Notes under the pieces: model-generated
Database searches by the model: none
The model's input: the letters and a program-made list of their open reading frames with translations, nothing else
Told to the model about the DNA's origin: nothing
Position numbers and translations under genes: made by a program
IMG/VR virus record: IMGVR_UViG_3300030101_002520
Span: 51,140-115,139 of that record
DNA: 64,000 bases
Direction: 5' to 3' (one strand)
Source: a virus
Shown: positions 8,901 to 17,723 of the stretch, in pieces
Numbering within the stretch: the first letter of the stretch is position 1
How the letters are laid out: each line of letters begins with the position of its first letter

Positions 8901-11759
8901 ATATTTAAAAGAAAAAGACAAGAAATATTAGATAGAGTAGAAGAAAGAAATTCAGAAGTAAGAAAGCTAGCTTCTAAAATAGAAAAACTATCTCCGGGTA
9001 GAAAAGCTAATTTTGATTTTATGATTGTGCTTGGTGATGATGGTCAACCAACTGGAACTTATGTTAGAAAAATAGGTGACCAGTATTATAAAATGAAAAG
9101 ACAAAGAACTGACAAACTTAAAAATGCTGATGGTGATCCTTTAGAATATGTAATTAAAGATAAACTTACACCTGAAGAAATTGCTTATAATAAAAAGTTA
9201 TATAAAGATAGACAGGAGTATAGAGATTTTATGAAAGCAGAAAGAGTTATAGATAATAAATTAGAGGAAGGGAAGTATCATAAGTATAGTGATGTGTTTA
9301 AAAAAGAAAGATTGAAGTTTATGTTTTTTGATGGTCAACAATGGCAAAAAAGAGACAGAGTACCATTAAATGAATATCTAGAGTTTAGAACTAAGTATTA
9401 TAATCCATCTAGTTTTTTTAGACCAGAGTTTGATAAAGATGGATTTTCAGGTTATTTAAAAGAAAAGAAACAGGGATGGTTTGTTAAGTCTGAATATGTT
9501 GAAATTAAAGATGAGAGTTCAGAAGATTCAGGATCAGTAAATCTTTTAGACTCAAAGTATCAAAAGATTATGAATCCTACAGATGCATTGGGTAGAGCAC
9601 AAAAAGAGTTCTATGAAATGTATGTTAAGTATTTTGAAGAAGATCTTCTTACAAAACTTCCTATGCGTGTTGTGCAACAAATGCACGGTAGATTACCATT
9701 AATTAAAGATACACAATATCAACAACTTAAAAATGCTCCTAATATGATGTCTGAGTTATGGGCTAAAGTTAAAGGTGTTCCGCGTGGTATATATGATTTC
9801 TTTGCAACTAAAACTCAAAAGTCAAGAGTAGTTTTAACTGATGAGTATGGTAATTTTACAAGCACACTTCCAATATTCTATACAGGTAGTATTCAAACTC
9901 AGCAAGATCTTCAAGAAATATCTGATAAGATAAGAGCTAAAGAGGATGAAATAATTAGAGCTAATGGTGATACAAGAACAACACAAACTAAAATTGATAA
10001 ATTAAAACAGCAGCTTGAAGACCTAAAGGGTAAAAAAAGAAGAATGCAAAATAGACCTGAAGCAAGAGAATTAAGTAGAGATCTTGCTGATAGTTTGATA
10101 AGATTTAGTGCAATGGCTGAAAACTATGAGATTATGTCAGGTGTAGAAGATACTCTTAGTTCATTAATAAAAGTATTGGAAAGAAGAACCTATGATCCAG
10201 CAACTGGTGATGATCTTAAAACTTTTAAAGATGGTGTAATGCAAAAGGCTGGTTTGAAAGGAAACTCAGGTTTAGAAACACCGTTAATTGTTAGGAGAGC
10301 AAAGAAGTGGATGAAGATGGTTTTTTATGATGATGATCAGAAAACAGAGAATGTATTTGAAAAAATATCTAGAGGTTTAATTAGTTATACATCCTTAACA
10401 TATGTTGGTCTTAACCCTTGGGGTAATTTGAATAACTATGCTATAGGTAGATTAAATAATTTAGTAGAGACAGCTGGTGGTAGATGGTTTGATAGAAAAG
10501 CTGCTGTAAGAGCAACAAAAGAATTTAATCAAAGAATGATACCAGACTTTATGAAAAGAATGGGTGGTAGAACTTTTCTTAATGATGCTATAGGTGTAAG
10601 TCCAAGTCAATATGAAAAGTATAAACCAGGTAGTAAGTATGAGGCTCTTGTAGAATTATTTAGAATGATGGATGATAAAGCAGATATACGAGAGCAAAAT
10701 AAAACTGCTGGTAAAGAAAGTCCATTAAGAAAAGCTATGAGTTGGGGTTATATGTTGCAAGATGCTGCTGAGTATAATGTACAAACCAAGCTAGGTATGG
10801 CAATACTAATGTCTACTAAAATATTTAAGAGTGCTGACCCAGATGGAAGTAAAAGTGCTATATCTTTATTTGATGCTTATGAGTACAACCAAGAAACAGG
10901 CAAACTATCTCTACAAGAAGGGTATGATACAGTTATAGATTTTCAAACAGGCAAGCAACAAAAGATGTCTGATAAAGCAAGATATGATATTAGACAATAC
11001 ATACGTGAGGTTAACATACATGTACATGGTAACTATGCCTATGAGGATAGAATGGTATTACAGTCTAGCGCATTAGGACAACTAGCTGCACAGTTTCATA
11101 AATGGATTGCGCCAGCTGTTAAGGCAAGATATAGATCAGAATATTTTGATGAAAATCTAGGTTGGATAGAAGGTAGGTATAGAACCTTTTGGAATTTTAT
11201 GTCTTATACGGCTAAGAATATGACAGATATTAGAACAGCAGCTAAAGACTGGAAAGAGTTGCAGGGAGAGAAAGCAGAAATGAAAGTTAAAAATCTTCAT
11301 AGAGTTGCAGGTGAGTTAATGTTATTTATGATGACAGTAATGTTAAGACAGATGTTTGCTGCAATGTGGGATGATACAGATGAAGATAAAAAAGGAACAA
11401 TGAAAAGATTTCAAAATGCTTTTATGTATCAAATGGATAGACAAAGAAGAGAACTTATTCAGTTTGTAAATCCTGTAGATGCATTTATGTTAATGAAGTC
11501 TCCAATTAGTTCTGTAAGAATGATGAAAGAGATGTCTGAAGCATTAATGACTGGTGTACAAACACCTTTTGTTATTGGATCATATAAACTACGTGGTGAA
11601 GGAGATGTAGAATTAGATAAAAGAATATATTATCAAAGAGGTGCTAAGAAAGGAGATCTTAAACTTTACAAAGAATTTTATGACGCATTCCCAGGTCTCT
11701 ACGCATTAAACAGATGGATGTCATATGACAATGTAAAAAACTTCTGGGTAGGAGAATAA
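5943..11759 (+). CDS. Giant virion cargo protein: degenerate zincin-like motif, LysM, PD-(D/E)xK nuclease, long helical C-terminus
   Basis: TAATG-coupled to the RNAP gene. TAIEEVLHPF (~6633); YSIKKGDTIASIAKSLGTTIKKIKELNP (LysM, ~7335-7484); IAGTIDLL...IIDIKTSK (~7707-7775). Confidence 0.75.
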   Translation: MATCFNRNLPAYQTLLEKYDSPMFVDGVINGWQKVNRSELMPTVLEAEDFLKDQKEVGVLDKQNLKQSILTNLGVKGKGLISRFGESYYINNTNKEVRAIKGDVQTLERNKNSVERLLDWWQVTPEAVTITKTDNSYRLDINANLLNMQDVITETSDVTHLQDILQHLTRLFPDVQIQVMSETDAKRMYNSLPQFTSEFQKPIDFKDIKSFYVDGQAILVEGRVTSETAIEEVLHPFVNALYADKSELFRRLKTESERSFPKLAQEIAGAYTKTKGFDNIDRDKELVTQAMARHFKREYEQNPTESFRSKIREFMRWLMDVFRDLSKWVVGKDLVLAPGMIDNANNLTSLSKILNTGDLKFGLDRAIRQDRKVRFSLTPKFQKIYNKVKGKATSQKQITRLDDLYNVSINSQKPIDDFTVSMSKKKNHPLVILNKKTHKYISVENINDPFTSVTTKIGGFSSKSYSIKKGDTIASIAKSLGTTIKKIKELNPIGDNLNTLTKANGQPIKQLYVPQEDFQINMDIGNDFDSIVSAIVLDEGIDSVDLKVVSKEVAEDFYKKMKKDLAVLTRNGGILIPQVVVSDKLNQIAGTIDLLFMDENGALEIIDIKTSKDSLNALVNGKLKYEETYFPVTYGSIFYDPAKSHADQQKFTKEQMQALQVNSYAQILRNQDYDIDSTFTYHVHTPTTGKGINQKYTQKFVIEGIRTQSETADVLIGDPGNNNFASEMMVKDFSDPTANDKLFTLDKKTGENEIEVDESEIDAIAENVTSKMMSTESVLEQITDFRVAMSTRKENYQRVKNQIAFFKDGKDVVQEIDRTLAIIDAGVEDGNVIPLFEEIVKQSIKELDDFIEYVNNPDSYLLDDKYISKVLNYSKMVSTYESLSEVEKAKGLTKAQLQLLEELRGKIYTINGKRDGLGNIIEGKEGLINTAIDNFAKQFIKDNSKRDFTQEDLEDILRWGSDMGMIEYQTGTLATSSDTILALMDKIFKRKRQEILDRVEERNSEVRKLASKIEKLSPGRKANFDFMIVLGDDGQPTGTYVRKIGDQYYKMKRQRTDKLKNADGDPLEYVIKDKLTPEEIAYNKKLYKDRQEYRDFMKAERVIDNKLEEGKYHKYSDVFKKERLKFMFFDGQQWQKRDRVPLNEYLEFRTKYYNPSSFFRPEFDKDGFSGYLKEKKQGWFVKSEYVEIKDESSEDSGSVNLLDSKYQKIMNPTDALGRAQKEFYEMYVKYFEEDLLTKLPMRVVQQMHGRLPLIKDTQYQQLKNAPNMMSELWAKVKGVPRGIYDFFATKTQKSRVVLTDEYGNFTSTLPIFYTGSIQTQQDLQEISDKIRAKEDEIIRANGDTRTTQTKIDKLKQQLEDLKGKKRRMQNRPEARELSRDLADSLIRFSAMAENYEIMSGVEDTLSSLIKVLERRTYDPATGDDLKTFKDGVMQKAGLKGNSGLETPLIVRRAKKWMKMVFYDDDQKTENVFEKISRGLISYTSLTYVGLNPWGNLNNYAIGRLNNLVETAGGRWFDRKAAVRATKEFNQRMIPDFMKRMGGRTFLNDAIGVSPSQYEKYKPGSKYEALVELFRMMDDKADIREQNKTAGKESPLRKAMSWGYMLQDAAEYNVQTKLGMAILMSTKIFKSADPDGSKSAISLFDAYEYNQETGKLSLQEGYDTVIDFQTGKQQKMSDKARYDIRQYIREVNIHVHGNYAYEDRMVLQSSALGQLAAQFHKWIAPAVKARYRSEYFDENLGWIEGRYRTFWNFMSYTAKNMTDIRTAAKDWKELQGEKAEMKVKNLHRVAGELMLFMMTVMLRQMFAAMWDDTDEDKKGTMKRFQNAFMYQMDRQRRELIQFVNPVDAFMLMKSPISSVRMMKEMSEALMTGVQTPFVIGSYKLRGEGDVELDKRIYYQRGAKKGDLKLYKEFYDAFPGLYALNRWMSYDNVKNFWVGE

Positions 11760-11819
11760 TTAATATTTCCTTAACAGTTACTTAATATTTACTTAATATT
11801 AGAGTTGTATATTATTAGT

Positions 11820-11894
11820 ATGAGAATAAACGTTACTAATTATATATATATAGCAATAATGATCACTGCTTTTGCTTTTGGTCTTTTGTTTTAA
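11820..11894 (+). CDS. Putative 24-aa hydrophobic micro-protein
   Basis: Hand-translated MRINVTNYIYIAIMITAFAFGLLF; starts 4 nt after a GTATATTAT motif. Confidence 0.35.
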   Translation: MRINVTNYIYIAIMITAFAFGLLF

Positions 11895-12015
11895 AAGGAC
11901 AATGCTTACAACCACTGTTACAACAGTATCCTCTTTCTAAATGGTATGCTGCAGTCATGACTGTATTACCATCTTTATCTTTGTAAAAGTATGGACTAAA
12001 CTCAGTTGACTTCAC
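11863..12015 (-). CDS. Small Cys-rich protein, DUF5522-like
   Basis: GTG start overlapping the nrdJ stop; MKSTEFSPYFYKDKDGNTVMTAAYHLERGYCCNSGCKHCPF..., matching the YHLxRGYCCxSGCxHCP pattern. Not in the ORF track. Confidence 0.7.
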   Translation of the reverse strand: MKSTEFSPYFYKDKDGNTVMTAAYHLERGYCCNSGCKHCPFKTKDQKQKQ

Positions 12016-13867
12016 AAGCACCACCAGCACACGCCAGCTCTCCCATTAAATTAGTTTCATCATCATCTTCTATAACCTTAGAAAGATCTATATCCATTAT
12101 TGATGTAACCATTGTATTAAACTTATGCTCATCTATATCTTCAAATGGAGCTTGAGTATAAGTACCACCATCATAAGGTAGTACAGCTAGTCCATTGTAG
12201 TGATCTCTATTATTCCACATCCATTCACCTGCATCATTCCAGTCTTCATCCTTTAAACTAATAGTAGCAGAAACATTATGACTGTTAGATCCTGTTCTAT
12301 GTCCAGGTTTTACCCATTCAGTTGCAACTTTTTTTACTCTTTCTAATAATTGAAAAGCAGATTCAGTTCTTAATATAGATCCTCCTGGTGCTTTTTGTGG
12401 TATACTTATTACAGCAGTATCATGACCACGGAACACACAGTCTTCTACAAGATCAGGGTGGTTCTTAGCAAGATATCCATATATAGATTCATTTTTACCA
12501 ACACGTATTCTTCTTACATAATAATCATTATGCCATGCATGAATCCCGGAACTAGTTCCTAATGTTAATGATGTTGTACCAGCAGGTTTTACTGTTGTTG
12601 TTCTAGCAGCCTTTCTGATACCAATTAAGTTAGCAACACGTGCATTTTCTTTATTTACAATTTTTGCTGCAGCTGTCATGTCTATATAGTCAGCAAGAAC
12701 TTTTTTAGATCCTATACCTGTCATAGATACACCAATTAGTGCATCTTTTTCTGTAGTCTCTTGCCATACTGGTCTGAGATAGTGGAAGTTAGTATATCCT
12801 GCTTGAAGTGTTCCTATAAATGCAGCAGCTTTAACTCTTGCTTCTAAATCTTCTTGAGCTTCAACATTACTAACATTAACTTCACAAAGGTTGCAGAACT
12901 GAAAAGGTCTTAGTGCTATCTCACAACAAGGATTAGTTCCCCAGTCTTTATCATTATTAAAGTAAATACCAGGCTCACCAGCTTTACTTAGTTCAACTCT
13001 TTTCCATAAGTCCATAAAGAAAGACTTAGTTATCTTATGTCTCATAAGCACAGCAGAGTTATTTGCTCTACCACGTTGTGGATTTAGTTCCCACCAAGAA
13101 CCAGCTTTGCAAGCTATCATTTCATTATCATCTGCGCTAAATAAACTAATTAAAGCAGCACGTCTAATACCACCAGCCAATACAGCATCAGCTATGTGAC
13201 AAACAATATCATGCACTTCTAATGTAGATAGTGCATCACCATCTTCTTTATTTTCTAAAACTCCTGTTACTTTTAGTATACATTCTTTTAATGGTTGTGG
13301 ACCAGGTGCTTTACCACCTGATGTTACAAGTCTAGCACCTTTTGGTCTTATGTCTGAATAGTCAAATACTATACGTGAACTTTTACCATTTAAATAAGAT
13401 TTCATTAATATCTTAATAGCATCAGCCCATCCTTCAATTGAATCACTAATTAGATAACGTCTAGTTCTTTTCTTATATGGTTTATTAATTAATGGAAGTT
13501 TTTCAACATGGTGCTGTTGAACCGAATAACCTACACCTGTTCCACCAAGCAACAAGAACATGGTTTCACTAAATGCATCTACATGATCTATAGGAAGGTA
13601 TGCACAATTATATATTCTGTTAGGACTTATCTCTATTGGCTTGCCAGCAAACTGCATAGATCTCATAGAAGGTAAAATCTTTTTATCATAAACATAAGTA
13701 TATGCATCTAGTATATCACTCTTTAATTTAGGATATTTTTTAATATGCATTGCCATATTTCTTGTTACTAATTCTTCCCAAGTTTCTCTACGTTTTAACT
13801 CTGGTAAGTATTTTGCATATTTCATATAGACAGTGATATCACTAAGGATCTTGTTATTCAATTCCAT
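12002..13867 (-). CDS. nrdJ: Class II (adenosylcobalamin-dependent) ribonucleotide reductase
   Basis: PSMRSMQFAG, YNCAY, GTGVGYS, TNPCCEI active site, TTVKPAGT, C-terminal CAGGAC redox pair; no beta subunit nearby. Confidence 0.93.
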   Translation of the reverse strand: MELNNKILSDITVYMKYAKYLPELKRRETWEELVTRNMAMHIKKYPKLKSDILDAYTYVYDKKILPSMRSMQFAGKPIEISPNRIYNCAYLPIDHVDAFSETMFLLLGGTGVGYSVQQHHVEKLPLINKPYKKRTRRYLISDSIEGWADAIKILMKSYLNGKSSRIVFDYSDIRPKGARLVTSGGKAPGPQPLKECILKVTGVLENKEDGDALSTLEVHDIVCHIADAVLAGGIRRAALISLFSADDNEMIACKAGSWWELNPQRGRANNSAVLMRHKITKSFFMDLWKRVELSKAGEPGIYFNNDKDWGTNPCCEIALRPFQFCNLCEVNVSNVEAQEDLEARVKAAAFIGTLQAGYTNFHYLRPVWQETTEKDALIGVSMTGIGSKKVLADYIDMTAAAKIVNKENARVANLIGIRKAARTTTVKPAGTTSLTLGTSSGIHAWHNDYYVRRIRVGKNESIYGYLAKNHPDLVEDCVFRGHDTAVISIPQKAPGGSILRTESAFQLLERVKKVATEWVKPGHRTGSNSHNVSATISLKDEDWNDAGEWMWNNRDHYNGLAVLPYDGGTYTQAPFEDIDEHKFNTMVTSIMDIDLSKVIEDDDETNLMGELACAGGACEVN

Positions 13868-13937
13868 TTTTTTGTTATTTAATAGTTAATAAATGTAGAC
13901 ACCTGAGATGAACAGGTAATTATAATATAATTAAAAA

Positions 13938-14117
13938 TTATGACTTAGAATGTAAGTATGTAAAAGAAATAGTAAAAAATAAAAATCCAAAAGATACTAT
14001 CATTGCAGGTTCCCATTTCTTAACAAACTGTACCTCACATTGTTGTATGTATATTCCTAATAAAGGAGATTCTGAAAGCATCTCAATTCCAAAGCTAAAT
14101 CTTTTCATATTTGTCAT
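13938..14117 (-). CDS. Small hypothetical protein (59 aa, hydrophobic C-terminus)
   Basis: Hand-translated MTNMKRFSFGIEMLSESPLLGIY...FGFLFFTISFTYLHSKS; lies downstream of a minus-strand TATATTTG. Confidence 0.5.
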   Translation of the reverse strand: MTNMKRFSFGIEMLSESPLLGIYIQQCEVQFVKKWEPAMIVSFGFLFFTISFTYLHSKS

Positions 14118-14139
14118 TTTTAATTGGTTATATTTTTTT

Positions 14140-14150
14140 GTATATTATAA
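14140..14150 (+). promoter_or_regulatory. Putative phage late promoter motif GTATATTATAA
   Basis: The same core occurs in intergenic gaps at 11807, 15465, 22171 and 51284 (+) and ~13919-13929 (-). Confidence 0.55.
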
Positions 14151-14157
14151 TAGTATA

Positions 14158-14165
14158 CAAATATA
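14158..14165 (-). promoter_or_regulatory. Bacteroidota sigma70 -7 element TAnnTTTG
   Basis: TATATTTG on the minus strand upstream of the small ORF and nrdJ. Confidence 0.55.
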
Positions 14166-14180
14166 ATAAAAATAAATACT

Positions 14181-14492
14181 ATGGCAAATTCACCTTCAGG
14201 ATTAAATTCAGATCCTAAATTTAAAATGATGATTGATGTCCTGAGAGACACAATGATACAAGGTTATGCTAAACAAGGAGCAACTTTTATTAATGATACA
14301 GCTCAACATACAGCAGGATATTATGCAATACAAGGTATAAGTGCTGCAAAGTTAGATGTTAGTGACTGTGTTTTTGGTTCTGGTATGACAGACTTTGATG
14401 CAGATTTTACTATACCAAATGGAGCAATTATATATGGAAACTTTAGTACACTAAGTTTAGAAAGTGGTTCATGTATAGCTTATAAAAAATAA
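14181..14492 (+). CDS. Hypothetical protein, probably virion structural
   Basis: Beta-rich; C-terminal TIPNGAIIYGNFSTLSLESGSCIAY pattern of small phage structural proteins; first gene after the late motif. Confidence 0.55.
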   Translation: MANSPSGLNSDPKFKMMIDVLRDTMIQGYAKQGATFINDTAQHTAGYYAIQGISAAKLDVSDCVFGSGMTDFDADFTIPNGAIIYGNFSTLSLESGSCIAYKK

Positions 14493-14494
14493 TT

Positions 14495-15442
14495 ATGATT
14501 GGTATAGGTACATCAATATCTAAAGGTCAAGTAATTAATGACCCCTCATCAATATCTGACTTAGTTGTTTGGTATAATTTTACTGATGTAAGCAGCTTGC
14601 GTAAAAATAGAGATGGAACTACTGCTGTAACTACTAACAATGATGTTGTTCATTGGGCACAAAACCTTGCAAACGGTGATGCAAATGGAATACTAGGAAA
14701 TTTTATACGCTCAGAGGCAGATGGTTCTCAATATGGTGGTATATTTAAAACTGGTGGAATAAATGGTCAATCTTATTTACAATTTGCAGAAACTGATTCA
14801 GATAACTCACATGGGTTAAGATCTGGTTTTATAGCTGCTGATGCTACAGATGATGGTGGTGTTGCCTCTGATAAATTTAGTGATGTAAGTTTTAACGTAT
14901 CTGATCTTACAATTATTCAGGTTTTAAAACATGATGATACTGTTATAGAAGAAGATGATAATGCTTTTTTTATACAAGGTTATCCTGCAGTTGGTGGAGA
15001 TACTAACAGTTTTCAATATGCTGGCTCTAAGAGTCAGTCTACTGAAAAATTTGCTCTAGGATATGTAGTTTCTGCTGGAGGAATTGATTTTGAAAGTAAT
15101 GTAACAAATGATACTCTTGATGCAAGTATACATGCAATGGTTATGAGATCTACACCAGGAGCAAATAATATGACACTACAAGTTGACGGAGTTGTACAAA
15201 CAGATACAGATACACCAGATGATAGAACAATGAAATTTGATAGATCAACTGGAGTAACTACTAATTTAGCTGGAGCTGCTCTGTTAAGTATAGGTGGTAA
15301 TTTTACAGGTGGTGCTAATCTAACAAAGTCTTGGAGAGGTGCTATATATGAAACTATAATATATAGTAGATTTATAACTGATGAAGAATTAGCAAGTTTA
15401 GAGGTGTATTTTGCAGGTAAATATGGAATAACCTTCAGTTAA
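14495..15442 (+). CDS. LamG/concanavalin-like lectin-fold virion protein
   Basis: N-terminal MIGIGTSI, LVVWYNFTD, C-terminal WRGAIYETIIYSRFITDEELASLEVYFAGKYGI typical of LamG-like phage domains. Confidence 0.65.
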   Translation: MIGIGTSISKGQVINDPSSISDLVVWYNFTDVSSLRKNRDGTTAVTTNNDVVHWAQNLANGDANGILGNFIRSEADGSQYGGIFKTGGINGQSYLQFAETDSDNSHGLRSGFIAADATDDGGVASDKFSDVSFNVSDLTIIQVLKHDDTVIEEDDNAFFIQGYPAVGGDTNSFQYAGSKSQSTEKFALGYVVSAGGIDFESNVTNDTLDASIHAMVMRSTPGANNMTLQVDGVVQTDTDTPDDRTMKFDRSTGVTTNLAGAALLSIGGNFTGGANLTKSWRGAIYETIIYSRFITDEELASLEVYFAGKYGITFS

Positions 15443-15464
15443 TTTTAAAAATCATAAAAAATTA

Positions 15465-15475
15465 GTATATTATAA
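15465..15475 (+). promoter_or_regulatory. Putative late promoter motif GTATATTATAA
   Basis: Exact repeat of the 14140 motif, 16 nt before ATG 15492. Confidence 0.55.
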
Positions 15476-15491
15476 TATAAAGTAATTTATA

Positions 15492-15728
15492 ATGGCAAGT
15501 AAAAAAGATATGGAAATGATGGCTGCGAACATGTTTCGTAAGCAACAAGAAGAGTCAATTATAGGTACTATTATGGATGAAATGGCAACTGAAAATATAC
15601 AGTTAAAAAATGCTATTCAACAAATGCAACTCAAAACCTCAAAAGAAAACTTAATAAACCAAGGTAGAACTAAACCTATAGATCTTAGTGTAAGAAGATC
15701 AGGTAAGAGAAAAGGAGGAACAATATAA
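15492..15728 (+). CDS. Hypothetical protein with basic KRKGG tail
   Basis: ORF track; ends RRSGKRKGGTI. Confidence 0.6.
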   Translation: MASKKDMEMMAANMFRKQQEESIIGTIMDEMATENIQLKNAIQQMQLKTSKENLINQGRTKPIDLSVRRSGKRKGGTI

Positions 15729-15741
15729 ATAAATATTTAAT

Positions 15742-16149
15742 ATGGCAACTACTACAGCACAGTTAAAATTAGATAGTGCAGCTGGAAGTTTATTAACTTC
15801 TGTATTGGCTATTGATGATACAGCAACACTAACTAAATTAGGAACAGCAACTGGTTTAGAAAAAACTACCGGTTTAGCTAGGCAAACATTTGCAGCAGCA
15901 ACTGAAACTCAGTTAATAAACGCTGCTAATTATACAGCAGCTAAAGGACATAAACTGTATATAAAAAATACGGATACTTCAGGTACTGATACTGTAAAAT
16001 TGACATCAGGAACAATAGGTGATGTAAAGTCAATAGGCTATCTAGATCCAGATGATTGGGCTTTTATACCTTTTGGAGGAGAAAATGATATAAATGTAAT
16101 ATGTACATCTGCAACAACTGTAGTTGAATGGATGTTAATTTTTGAATAA
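15742..16149 (+). CDS. Small beta-sandwich structural protein, paralog 1
   Basis: MATTT start, LYIKN, LDPDDWAFIPF, VEWMLIF; shares these motifs with three neighbours. Confidence 0.65.
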   Translation: MATTTAQLKLDSAAGSLLTSVLAIDDTATLTKLGTATGLEKTTGLARQTFAAATETQLINAANYTAAKGHKLYIKNTDTSGTDTVKLTSGTIGDVKSIGYLDPDDWAFIPFGGENDINVICTSATTVVEWMLIFE

Positions 16150-16167
16150 TAAATAAAAAAATAAGAT

Positions 16168-16545
16168 ATGGCAACTTTAACCGCGCAAACTAAATTAACA
16201 GTATCAGATATAGTAGCTGATGCTATTGCATTAGATGTATCAATGACTCCTACTGTATTAGCAGGAGGTATTACAAGTAAAACTTTAACATCTGCAAGAG
16301 CAACAGGTTCTGCTTTAACTATTGTAGAAGCAACTCACTATAGTGCAGGTACTATAATTTATTTAAGAAATATGAGTAGTACAGAAACTATAGATGTAGA
16401 ATTAACGTCAGGTACAACGCATATTCAATTAAGTCCTTTACAGTTTGCATTGTTTCCTTGGGAAGCAGCAACTGATATAGAAGTATATTCAACTAATGGA
16501 AGTGAAGTTCCTCAGTTAGAAGTAGGGATATTCTCTGCAGCATAA
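16168..16545 (+). CDS. Small beta-sandwich structural protein, paralog 2
   Basis: MATLT, IYLRN, LSPLQFALFPW, LEVGIFSAA. Confidence 0.65.
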   Translation: MATLTAQTKLTVSDIVADAIALDVSMTPTVLAGGITSKTLTSARATGSALTIVEATHYSAGTIIYLRNMSSTETIDVELTSGTTHIQLSPLQFALFPWEAATDIEVYSTNGSEVPQLEVGIFSAA

Positions 16546-16569
16546 TAATAATTAATAAAAAGTAATAAT

Positions 16570-16953
16570 ATGGCAACTTTAACAAGTCAAGTAAAATTAG
16601 ATATTTCAGGAGTAACTTCTGATCCTATTTCAATAGATAAGAGTTTTTCATATACTGCATTATCTGGAGGTGTAACTAGTAGATCTATTGATGCTACAGC
16701 TCATGGTTCTGCAGAGAAAATTTTAGAATCTAGTGAGTATTCAACAGGATGTGTTGTTTATGTAAGAAATAGAGAAGCTGCAGGAGGTAAATCAATAACA
16801 ATTATGTTATCAGCAGCAGCAAATGGAGAAATAGTATTACAAGGTCAGCAGTGGGCAGTATTTCCTTGGCCAGCTGCAGTAGATGTATTAGCCTTTGCTT
16901 CATCTGCTACTCCAGGACCTATATTAGAAGTAGGAATATTTTCAGCAGCATAG
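16570..16953 (+). CDS. Small beta-sandwich structural protein, paralog 3
   Basis: MATLT, VYVRN, LQGQQWAVFPW, LEVGIFSAA. Confidence 0.65.
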   Translation: MATLTSQVKLDISGVTSDPISIDKSFSYTALSGGVTSRSIDATAHGSAEKILESSEYSTGCVVYVRNREAAGGKSITIMLSAAANGEIVLQGQQWAVFPWPAAVDVLAFASSATPGPILEVGIFSAA

Positions 16954-16956
16954 GTT

Positions 16957-17241
16957 ATGGCAAAAGAATTATCAGAAGATTCAAAGTTTGAAATAAGTCT
17001 AAAGACACTTGGTGGTATAGGTTTTCTAATTACTACACTTGTAAGTATGTGGTTTGTATTACAAGCAGATATTGCTGAAGCTAAAGAACTTCCTGTACCC
17101 CCTCCGCCTGATGTTACTAGGATGGAGTTTCAGATGAAAGATGAAAACATAAGACTATCAATAAAGAACACAGAAGAGAATGTAAAGAAATTGGAGGATA
17201 GACTTATAAGGATAGAGGATAAAATAGATGACATGAAATGA
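16957..17241 (+). CDS. Single-TM protein with C-terminal coiled coil
   Basis: Hydrophobic LGGIGFLITTLVSMWFVL followed by a heptad-like tail. Confidence 0.6.
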   Translation: MAKELSEDSKFEISLKTLGGIGFLITTLVSMWFVLQADIAEAKELPVPPPPDVTRMEFQMKDENIRLSIKNTEENVKKLEDRLIRIEDKIDDMK

Positions 17242-17603
17242 AATGGATAGTTTTAATATGCCTATTATTTTCTTATATATGTAGTGGGCAAGAAGTGCTG
17301 ACTGATAAAACATTTAGTGATAGTCAAGAAGGTGTAACAGTTGTAGAATTTTGGGCAGATTGGAATGCAAAAAATGAATGTGCATGGTTACAAGATTTAG
17401 AAGATGCAGAAGTATATAGAATAGATCTTAATACAAATGCTGCTAAAGAAAATAAAATAACAGTTTTACCTACTGTTATAGTTTTTGATGATGGAGAAGA
17501 GGTTGAAAGGTTTGAAGGAGATATTTCTTTTAGTCTTTGTCCAGAAAAAACACCTAAAAAGGTACAAAAAGAGATTAATGAATTAGTATTAAATAAATTT
17601 TAA
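17238..17603 (+). CDS. Exported thioredoxin-fold protein lacking CxxC
   Basis: Signal peptide; VVEFWADWN in place of FWAxWCxxC; cis-Pro loop ITVLPTVIVFDDGEEVERF. Confidence 0.75.
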   Translation: MKWIVLICLLFSYICSGQEVLTDKTFSDSQEGVTVVEFWADWNAKNECAWLQDLEDAEVYRIDLNTNAAKENKITVLPTVIVFDDGEEVERFEGDISFSLCPEKTPKKVQKEINELVLNKF

Positions 17604-17604
17604 T

Positions 17605-17703
17605 ATGAAAAAATTTTTATGTAAATTATTATGTATAGTTAGTTTTAACTATATATGTTTAAAATGGTGTGATGACAAATCATGCTGCAAAGACAAGTGT
17701 TAA
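17605..17703 (+). CDS. Putative 32-aa Cys-rich peptide
   Basis: Hand-translated MKKFLCKLLCIVSFNYICLKWCDDKSCCKDKC (7 Cys); fills the gap between neighbouring genes. Confidence 0.5.
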   Translation: MKKFLCKLLCIVSFNYICLKWCDDKSCCKDKC

Positions 17704-17723
17704 ATTAAATAAATTTAAGAAAT

